A stretch of DNA of 32,000 bases from Fastidiosibacter lacustris (lineage in GTDB: Bacteria; Pseudomonadota; Gammaproteobacteria; Francisellales; Francisellaceae), in NCBI RefSeq assembly GCF_003428155.1, contig NZ_QLIR01000002.1, forward strand, positions 90,001 through 122,000, read 5' to 3'. The notes under the pieces are model-generated. The model ran no database searches. It saw nothing but the letters and a program-made list of their open reading frames with translations, and was not told the DNA's origin. Position 1 is the first letter of the stretch, and each line of letters begins with the position of its first letter. The translations under genes and the position numbers were made by a program. Below, piece by piece: positions 1 to 6,765 of this stretch.

Positions 1-142
1 CATAAATGTGATCAATTGTGGCAAGCGAATTGGCGATAAAACCTTGGTCAAGACCAAATAATAATCCACCTAAAGCTCCAATTAAACAAATCATGTAAAC
101 AATTTTCTTATATTGTTTGTTAGAAGTTGATTGTATTGGCAT
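1..142 (-). CDS. MFS sugar-porter family transporter, N-terminal fragment (gene continues beyond the left edge)
   Basis: Reverse-strand ATG at 142-140 is preceded by AGGGGA. Translation is MPIQSTSNKQYKKIVYMICLIGALGGLLFGLDQGFIANSLATIDHIY. The GGLLFG-D-G motif in the first TM helix is typical of sugar porters (GalP/XylE/AraE type). The ORF is open to position 1 and absent from the ORF track because it is truncated. Confidence 0.6.
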   Translation of the reverse strand, partial: MPIQSTSNKQYKKIVYMICLIGALGGLLFGLDQGFIANSLATIDHIY

Positions 143-724
143 AAAAGTCCCCTGTGTAAATTAAGACAGGCATATTTTGCGTAGTGTTAATGCAGATGTC
201 AAATAGTTACATTAGAGAATAGTTATTTACATTGTTCACAATAAAGAAATAATTATTGGTAATGATTAATATTAAGTGTAAATATCTGTAGATATTGCAA
301 AGCTGATATTGATTCAATAAACAAAGTAGACACGCTTTTATGCAATTTAATAGTTGATTAAAATGCTCATTTAAATGATGATCATGAGTAGAACCACGTT
401 TAAGTGGACTTTATTGATGAGGTTAATACTGTATGGAAGAATTGCATCAGATGGAATATTACTACCAATAATGGCAAAAAAAGTAGAAGCAAAGTTTAAC
501 ACTAAGCTACTTTTAATGTTTGAGATGGGCATAAAAATATGCCCAAAAGTAAAAAGCAAGCAAGATACAACGTATCAAAAATCTGTATAAATGTATGAAT
601 ATTTAAATGGTTTAAGCCAATAGTGTAAGTAGCAAAAGTATAGTTCAAAAGAAGAATATTCGCTGAATATAGCGATTATTTCTGATATGATTCAATCAGT
701 TTGAGTAGAAGGTAGTAAGTAGCG

Positions 725-2044
725 ATGAAAATTGCAATATTTGGTACAGGTTATGTTGGGCTTGTAACGGGCACCTGCTTTGCGGCGATGGGTAACCATG
801 TTTGCTGTGTGGACATTGACAATAAAAAGGTAGAGAATTTAAAAAAAGGAATTTCTCCAATATATGAACCAGGCTTAGATGATCTAATTAAACGCAATGT
901 AGCTAAAGGCAGATTAAGTTTTACGACGGAGGCAAAATCTGCGATTGATGAAGCAGAAATTATTTTTATTGCAGTAGGGACTCCACCTGATGAGGATGGT
1001 TCTGCTGATTTAAAATATGTGCTTCAGGTTGCAAAAACGGTTGCAAAATATATGAGTGAATATAAAGTCATTGTCAATAAATCGACTGTACCTGTGGGAA
1101 CAGAGTATAAAGTAACAGAGACGATTTCAAATGTGCTTAGATCGCGTGGCGTCACGCTTGACTTTGACGTTGTATCAAATCCTGAGTTTCTCAAAGAGGG
1201 TGATGCAATTAATGATTGTATGCATCCAGATCGGATTGTGGTTGGTGCACATTCTGAGCGCGCCGCGGATATGATGCGCGAACTTTATGCACCATTTGAC
1301 CCAAACCAAAACCGTTTAATGATCATGGATGTGCGTTCTGCCGAGATGACGAAGTACGTTGCAAATGCGATGCTTGCCACCAAAATCAGCTTTATGAATG
1401 AGATGAGTCAAATTGCTGAGCGAGTAGGTGCGGATATTGAAAAAGTACGAATTGGTATTGGTGCGGATCGGCGTATTGGTTATCATTTCATTTATGCAGG
1501 ATGTGGTTACGGTGGTTCTTGTTTTCCCAAAGATGTGCGAGCGTTGAGTCAGACTTCGCATGAATATGGTTATAAAGCAAGGCTTTTAAATGCTGTACAT
1601 GATGTTAATGATGAACAAAAAGAAGTATTGTTTAATAAGTTTTACAATTATTTTAATGGTGAAGTTGAAGGCAAAATAGTAGCCGTATGGGGACTTGCAT
1701 TTAAACCAAATACCGATGACATCCGTGAAGCACCTTCTCGAGTGTTGATTGAAAAACTATGGCAACACGGTGTGAAAGTAAAAGCGTATGACCCAGAGGC
1801 GATGAATAATTTTATCAACACATATGAGAACCGTGATAATTACGAGTTAGCACAAGATGCTTATGATGCGTTATATGGTGCCGATGCACTTTTTGTAGTG
1901 ACAGAATGGCAAAGCTTTAGAAGTCCAGATTTTGCTAAAATCGCGAGTAGATTAGCGCAACCTGTGATTTTTGACGGTCGTAACCTATATGATAAATCTC
2001 GCATGAAAAAAATGGGGATTGAATATATTTCAATCGGGCGTTAA
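725..2044 (+). CDS. ugd: UDP-glucose 6-dehydrogenase
   Basis: 439 aa. N-terminal Rossmann motif MKIAIFGTGYVGLVTG, then PIYEPGLDDL. Catalytic-cysteine motif GYGGSCFPKD. The C-terminal UDP-binding region has FKPNTDDIREAP. ATG start with GAAGG upstream. Confidence 0.95.
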   Translation: MKIAIFGTGYVGLVTGTCFAAMGNHVCCVDIDNKKVENLKKGISPIYEPGLDDLIKRNVAKGRLSFTTEAKSAIDEAEIIFIAVGTPPDEDGSADLKYVLQVAKTVAKYMSEYKVIVNKSTVPVGTEYKVTETISNVLRSRGVTLDFDVVSNPEFLKEGDAINDCMHPDRIVVGAHSERAADMMRELYAPFDPNQNRLMIMDVRSAEMTKYVANAMLATKISFMNEMSQIAERVGADIEKVRIGIGADRRIGYHFIYAGCGYGGSCFPKDVRALSQTSHEYGYKARLLNAVHDVNDEQKEVLFNKFYNYFNGEVEGKIVAVWGLAFKPNTDDIREAPSRVLIEKLWQHGVKVKAYDPEAMNNFINTYENRDNYELAQDAYDALYGADALFVVTEWQSFRSPDFAKIASRLAQPVIFDGRNLYDKSRMKKMGIEYISIGR

Positions 2045-2059
2045 GCGGTTGAGATATAG

Positions 2060-2521
2060 TCAAAAATTTTTATTACGCTGTTGATGCATCACAAAGCTAT
2101 TATCAGCTATTTTTTGCTCGTCTTTGGATAAATCTGCTTGATAACCAATAATCATAAGATAACCATTTTTGGATGTAACGTTAAAATGGTAGTAAATACC
2201 GTTGATCAGACAGCTTTGTTTGGCATCACATTCAATTTTTGGAAATATTCCGCTTAGTGTTTTAATTGATTGTTCATAGTTATAATTGCTCATGATAATG
2301 GCATTATCTACGATATTGTAGTTGAGTGTTAGGTAACCGTTGTAATTGTGTTTGAGCTCGGCTTTTAAATCCTGAGCAACGGTTTGATAGGCTTTAAATT
2401 TTACAAAAAAAATAAAACTCATAAAAAATAATACTCCAAGGGCAATAAGTGTAACAAGAAGTATTACGGTTAGTTTACCGCTTGAAACACTTTCTTGATT
2501 TTCGATTTGACTTTGTGACAT
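2060..2521 (-). CDS. Hypothetical membrane-anchored protein (single N-terminal TM helix, N/Y-rich extracytoplasmic domain)
   Basis: 153 aa. AAGGAA Shine-Dalgarno upstream of the ATG. TM segment LTVILLVTLIALGVLFFMSFIFFV. Lies 12 bp downstream of the FimV-like gene on the same strand, so co-transcription is likely. No recognisable family. Confidence 0.55.
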   Translation of the reverse strand: MSQSQIENQESVSSGKLTVILLVTLIALGVLFFMSFIFFVKFKAYQTVAQDLKAELKHNYNGYLTLNYNIVDNAIIMSNYNYEQSIKTLSGIFPKIECDAKQSCLINGIYYHFNVTSKNGYLMIIGYQADLSKDEQKIADNSFVMHQQRNKNF

Positions 2522-2533
2522 GACGATTCCTTG

Positions 2534-3643
2534 TTAATTTATACCAAAATATTTTTTATATAATGTATCAATATCTTTCCAGCGCTTATCATCATAAGGT
2601 AATAGATTAGAGGCAAGATAATCCCGTTCGCTGTTAAATGAAATTTCATCGCCATCTGCGCCATAGATTGCAAGGATTTTGATACGGATATCTAAATTTT
2701 TAGGTTCGCTATTTAACGCTTCTTGTAAAATAGTTTTAGCGTGTGCAACATCTTGTGCCTCTAGTAGTTCGTTGGCTTTTTGGAGTAGTTTTTTAATTTC
2801 ATCTTTGGATGCTTTTTTGCTAATACGCTCAGTCTCAGACTGTTTGTTGATCACGGCACCTTCTTTATCTTTTGTTGGATCAGATGTCTTAGCATAAAAT
2901 TGATCTTTCATTATACGTGTATCATGCTGGGCAAAAGTCGCTTTGCGTTTTAAGCGTCGCTGCCAAATTAAGAATATGACAATAACAATTAGTATAATGA
3001 TTAGCCACTGATTATAATCCGTTTTAGCTTTAGTATGGATATTGATATTTGTGTTTTCAGTATTCAGCCTGCTATCTTTATTATGGTCAACGTTGGTGTT
3101 AGTTATTGCTGGTGTAATGACAATGCCTTCAATAGTAGAGTTAGAGTGTTGGCTGGTATTTATTTGATTATTATTTGTATTGACTATGGAATTTTCAGGT
3201 AATGAATAGAGAGTTGAATCTGATTGTTTAATTGAGATAGTGGATTGCTGTTTTTTGTTAGCAAGTGTGAAAGATGTTTCTGTGAGGGATAACGCTTGCT
3301 CAAGAGTCGATGCTGGATTATTTTGATTAAGGTACAGCGTATGGCGTAATGTGTATAGTTTAACACCATCTTCTACTTCTTGTTTGGTAGTTGGAATGAG
3401 TAGTTTTTGGTTGATATTAATAATATCGTCGTTAATAGAAGGATTTTCTTTTGAGTTAATTCCCTTGATGGCTTGGATCATATCTTTGTTTGGAGTGCCT
3501 AAAATACCGTGCTTGCTCGCAATTCGCCATAACGAATCCCCTGACTTGACGGTGTATGTTGTAAGTGCAAAAGCAGGTAAAATAGGGAATAAGAATAATA
3601 ATAGTAGCATAAGCTTTTTATGCCAACTAGAGAGAGTGCTCAC
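2534..3643 (-). CDS. LysM-domain peptidoglycan-binding protein, FimV-like architecture
   Basis: 369 aa. GTG start with a perfect AAGGAG 5-6 nt upstream. Signal peptide MSTLSSWHKKLMLLLLFLFPILPAFA. LysM motif YTVKSGDSLWRIASKHG...INQKLLIP. Central TM helix WLIIILIVIVIFLIW. C-terminal TPR-like helix pair (AKTILQEALNSEPKNLDIRIKILAIYG) resembles the FimV C-terminal domain. Confidence 0.65.
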   Translation of the reverse strand: MSTLSSWHKKLMLLLLFLFPILPAFALTTYTVKSGDSLWRIASKHGILGTPNKDMIQAIKGINSKENPSINDDIININQKLLIPTTKQEVEDGVKLYTLRHTLYLNQNNPASTLEQALSLTETSFTLANKKQQSTISIKQSDSTLYSLPENSIVNTNNNQINTSQHSNSTIEGIVITPAITNTNVDHNKDSRLNTENTNINIHTKAKTDYNQWLIIILIVIVIFLIWQRRLKRKATFAQHDTRIMKDQFYAKTSDPTKDKEGAVINKQSETERISKKASKDEIKKLLQKANELLEAQDVAHAKTILQEALNSEPKNLDIRIKILAIYGADGDEISFNSERDYLASNLLPYDDKRWKDIDTLYKKYFGIN

Positions 3644-3745
3644 GTTTGCTCCTTTTTGTGTGATAAATCTAAGCTGTGATTGTAATCTAAATTAATTAGA
3701 ATGACCACGGGCAAAAATCGGATGTTTGTTACTTTATGAAGCTGC

Positions 3746-3774
3746 TTGAAAATAGTTGCTTTGACTATTTTCAA
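3746..3774. promoter_or_regulatory. Perfect 11-bp inverted repeat (TTGAAAATAGT-N7-ACTATTTTCAA) in the divergent region between the FimV-like gene and dotH; candidate operator
   Basis: Read directly from the sequence. Arms are 3746-3756 and 3764-3774. No U-tract follows in an orientation that would terminate either flanking gene, so an operator or structural role is more likely than a terminator. Confidence 0.25.
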
Positions 3775-3939
3775 AGTTTCTTGTGTCAAATTCACATTAA
3801 GAAACTACAAATAATTTCAAAATCATGAATCATAATTTATATAAATTCATCGATTTGATGAATGTATGTTAAAAAAAGACGACAATATGACAGAGTATTT
3901 TATTATGGTCACCATTGTTGATTAATGATTTAGCAGACC

Positions 3940-4776
3940 TTGAAAAAACTTATATATCCAAGTTTGCTGTTACTGGGATTATCATGCAATGGAGTGTCGG
4001 CGCAAGAGACTAACTCTCCTGTAAATAACCTTGTAAGCAGCATGTTTCCACTTAGTGCAAGTGATATTCAAAGCACTAAAAGTGAGATTAGTGCAAGACA
4101 AAAGGCAGCAGCTGTTATGCCAGCTATGAGTGATGCAAAAGGAGTCTCTCGCGTGGTTATGGCTGATACTAAACCAGGCTTTGCAACTTCCCCTCCTAAT
4201 GTAAGGCTTGGTATTGGTGTAGTGAGTTCAATTATTTTTACTGATGCAAAAGGAGTGGTTTGGCCGATTACTAGTTATGTGATTGGTGACACAGAGGACT
4301 TTGCAGTCAATTGGGATAAAAAGGGTGGAATTATGATGCTTCAATCTAAGAAACCTTATGCTAATACGAACATGGCTGTGATGTTGCAAGGACGTGCAAC
4401 ACCTGTGACTTTAATGCTGCAATCCACACAAAAAGAATGGGACTATGAGCTTTATGTTCGTGTTGCTAAAGCAGAGGATGATACTCATTTGGAAAACATT
4501 AGACAATCCCCTTATCTGTTATCACTTCTATCTGGAATAGTGCCAGAAGGTGCAAAATCGTTAAGTGTTTCTGGAGAGCAAAACACAGGAAAATTTTGGC
4601 TTTATCAAGGTCATTACCTCATTTTAACTTCAGGTACACTCATTTCTCCCGCCTATATCAATCATATTGAAGATAATACTTTAGGGACGACTAACGTATA
4701 TGAAATTGTACCCACTCCTGTCGTAATGATCTCCGACAATGTAGGGGTGCACAAAATCAATCTAAAGGATGAATAA
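3940..4776 (+). CDS. dotH: Type IVB secretion core-complex protein DotH/IcmK (IncI TraN family)
   Basis: 278 aa, TTG start. Signal peptide MKKLIYPSLLLLGLSCNGVSA-QE, which fits both an SPase I AxA site and a relaxed lipobox LGLSC. Long by-eye collinear match to Legionella IcmK: PPNVRLGIGVVSSIIFTDAKGVVWPITSYVIGDTEDFAVNWDKKGGIMMLQSKKPYANTNMAVMLQGRATPVTLML here, against PPVIRLSQGFVSSLVFLDSTGAPWPIAAYDLGDPSSFNIQWDKTSNTLMIQATKLYNYGNLAVRLRGLNTPVMLTL (recalled). Confidence 0.9.
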   Translation: MKKLIYPSLLLLGLSCNGVSAQETNSPVNNLVSSMFPLSASDIQSTKSEISARQKAAAVMPAMSDAKGVSRVVMADTKPGFATSPPNVRLGIGVVSSIIFTDAKGVVWPITSYVIGDTEDFAVNWDKKGGIMMLQSKKPYANTNMAVMLQGRATPVTLMLQSTQKEWDYELYVRVAKAEDDTHLENIRQSPYLLSLLSGIVPEGAKSLSVSGEQNTGKFWLYQGHYLILTSGTLISPAYINHIEDNTLGTTNVYEIVPTPVVMISDNVGVHKINLKDE

Positions 4777-5923
4777 AGTCATGTTGAAATTTTTGAAAAA
4801 TCATCCACGTATTAGAATACTCATTATTTTTGCCATACTTGTCATTGTCTCAATTACAATGCTATTAAAGTGCTCTAAAAATGGTCAAACTTATTTGCAG
4901 TCACAAGTGAATGATAAAAAAATTGAGGTAAACCAAAAGAATCCAATAAAGGATGACCAATACCAAAAGCTCGTAGACCAGGATAGACAACAAAAAATTA
5001 AGCAAGCTGAACATAAAAATAGCAGTTATATTGAAGATGTTTTTGCTTCCTCAACTCCAACTGAAAAACAAGAAAACCAGGCTCAGGATTATCAACAGAA
5101 ACAAATGGATCCTGTTACGTTTTATGACTATAAAAATAATCAGCAACAGGTAAATAAGCCAAGCGACACACAATCAACTAAGCACTCGTATGCTATGTCA
5201 ACTATTCAAGAAAATTTAGCTGTGGATCCTCAAACTGTGCAGAAAAATTTTGAAGTCATTTTAAAGTCTTGGAATAAAGTTCCATCAATGAAGGAGGAGT
5301 TTGGTGAGTTAGCAAATGGTTATGGAAGCAAAGAATCATTTAGTGCTCAATCTAAAATGGCGATGTTTAAAGCAGGTGATATTCTTATTGCGGTGATTGA
5401 TACGGCTGTTAATAGCGATCAACCTGATACGCCAATATTGGCTCACATCGTTGTGGGACCTTACAAACATGCAAAACTGTTAGGTAGTTTTGTCAGAGAA
5501 GAAGACAAATTAGTGGTGAAATTTACGACTTTATCCATTCCAGATCGAGCAGCAAGTATCAACATCAATGCTTACGCTATTGATCAAGCCACAGCCCAAA
5601 CTGCGTTGGCAAGTGATGTAGACCATCATTATCTTTTACGTTATGGCAGTTTGTTCTCAGCTGCTTTCTTGCAAGGGTTTGGGACCTACTTCACTAATGC
5701 TCAAAACAACAGTGGTTGGTGTTATGTTGACCCAATGGGTGGAAAGCATTGTCAAGGAAGTGAAGCTGCATTAACGACGAAAAATGCAGCATATGCTGGG
5801 TTAGGGCAAATTGGTACAGCATTAAGTAGTGCGATGACGAAGCAATTTGATAAACCTCCAACAGTTACTTTAAATCAAGGTAGTGCAATAGGGGTTTTGA
5901 TTATGCAAGACATAAAAGTTTAA
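4769..5923 (+). CDS. dotG: Type IVB core-complex protein DotG/IcmE, short TraO-like form with VirB10-like C-terminal domain
   Basis: 384 aa with an N-terminal TM helix (ILIIFAILVIVSITMLL). The C-terminus matches DotG: AGDILIAVIDTAVNSDQPDTPILAHIV..., AYAIDQATAQTALASDVDHHYLLRYGSLFSAAFLQGFG, ...GVLIMQD. It overlaps the dotH stop by 8 nt. An alternative ATG at 4781 has better Shine-Dalgarno spacing (AAGGA at 4765-4769). Confidence 0.88.
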   Translation: MNKVMLKFLKNHPRIRILIIFAILVIVSITMLLKCSKNGQTYLQSQVNDKKIEVNQKNPIKDDQYQKLVDQDRQQKIKQAEHKNSSYIEDVFASSTPTEKQENQAQDYQQKQMDPVTFYDYKNNQQQVNKPSDTQSTKHSYAMSTIQENLAVDPQTVQKNFEVILKSWNKVPSMKEEFGELANGYGSKESFSAQSKMAMFKAGDILIAVIDTAVNSDQPDTPILAHIVVGPYKHAKLLGSFVREEDKLVVKFTTLSIPDRAASININAYAIDQATAQTALASDVDHHYLLRYGSLFSAAFLQGFGTYFTNAQNNSGWCYVDPMGGKHCQGSEAALTTKNAAYAGLGQIGTALSSAMTKQFDKPPTVTLNQGSAIGVLIMQDIKV

Positions 5924-5947
5924 AGACAAATTTAAGGTATAAAGTAA

Positions 5948-6745
5948 ATGAGCAATTATGATTTTTTTGAAGATAATGAGAAAAATAAGCAGCCTGATCA
6001 AGAACAAGAGGGCAGATCCAATCAGCAAGGGATGGAAGAAACCTCAACTGTAAATGACAGAAATAGTATGAATCGCTTAAGTGACAAGCTTAAAAATTTT
6101 AAATTTGAAAAAATTTATCTTGCTTATGGCTTGGCAGTATTTATGTTGATGGCAGGCGCTTATTTTATTTTTAGCACTTTATTTGCCAGTGATGATACAT
6201 CTCATCCTAGTAGGACATCACAAATATCCTCTCCAAATACAAATACGCAATTTGTCAAAACCGAGCAGCGTATAATACAAAATGTCGATAACAAAGAGCT
6301 AACACAACGCTTACAAACAATATCAACACAACTAAATGATTTACAAACATCACAGGATAATAATAGCCAGCGATTTGAAAAAACCATCATTGAAATGGCA
6401 CAGCATATTAAAAGCGTGGAGTCCAATCAAGCTCAGATGCTAAAAAGTATCCAAAGTATAATTAAATCGCTGGATGATATACAAAAAGCAGACCAAAGCA
6501 AAACTTTAATTTCACTTGTTACTGAACTTCAAAGGCAGTTGCAATATATGAATGCCAAGGAAATAAATATGAATGAAAAACTGCATTTAACAGCAGTAAT
6601 TGATGGAATTGCTTGGCTTGAAGACAAAAAAGGCAGATCGATTACCGTAAAAGAAGGTTCGCAATTAGATGGCTATGGTAAGGTTTTGAAAATAGACAGT
6701 CAGGCATATAAAGTCTATACAGCATCAGGTTTTGTGTTTGAGTAA
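5948..6745 (+). CDS. dotF: Type IVB protein DotF/IcmG (TraP family)
   Basis: 265 aa (Legionella IcmG is about 269 aa). Acidic cytoplasmic N-terminus, one TM helix (IYLAYGLAVFMLMAGAYFIFSTLF), and a Q-rich coiled coil. The C-terminal beta domain LTAVIDGIAWLEDKKGRSITVKEGSQLDGYGKVLKIDSQAYKVYTASGFVF resembles DotF AVIPGRAWL...TVREGSKIPGYG. Position after dotG is conserved. Confidence 0.75.
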   Translation: MSNYDFFEDNEKNKQPDQEQEGRSNQQGMEETSTVNDRNSMNRLSDKLKNFKFEKIYLAYGLAVFMLMAGAYFIFSTLFASDDTSHPSRTSQISSPNTNTQFVKTEQRIIQNVDNKELTQRLQTISTQLNDLQTSQDNNSQRFEKTIIEMAQHIKSVESNQAQMLKSIQSIIKSLDDIQKADQSKTLISLVTELQRQLQYMNAKEINMNEKLHLTAVIDGIAWLEDKKGRSITVKEGSQLDGYGKVLKIDSQAYKVYTASGFVFE

Positions 6746-6765
6746 ATAATTAAGATGAGTGAAAG

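Noticed and set aside
527-544. Perfect hairpin GGGCATA-AAAA-TATGCCC considered as an intrinsic terminator.
   Set aside because: No U-tract follows it on either strand (an A-run follows on the plus strand, ATCTCAAAC on the minus strand), and no upstream gene ends there.
371-590. Overlapping short ORFs 371-559 (-) and 375-590 (+) from the ORF track.
   Set aside because: They overlap each other on opposite strands in an AT-rich intergenic region and have no Shine-Dalgarno site or recognisable family. They are not called as genes and are discussed only as a possible relic.
1316-1561. Antisense or alternate-frame ORFs lying inside confident CDSs: 1316-1561, 2679-2897, 3184-3369, 3351-3695, 6202-6426, 7112-7294, 7266-7448, 8043-8228, 9041-9241, 13324-13551, 13880-14170, 13986-14207, 14279-14578, 17184-17378, 19043-19312, 19306-19500, 19795-20043, 20359-20598, 21823-22017, 22579-22782, 24545-24778, 24759-24947, 28327-28575, 29358-29792, 30002-30223, 31097-31489.
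   Set aside because: Each is fully or largely embedded in a longer ORF with strong family support. Their translations are low-complexity or Cys/Ile/Leu-rich, as expected from reading AT-rich coding DNA out of frame. No independent RBS or motif was seen.
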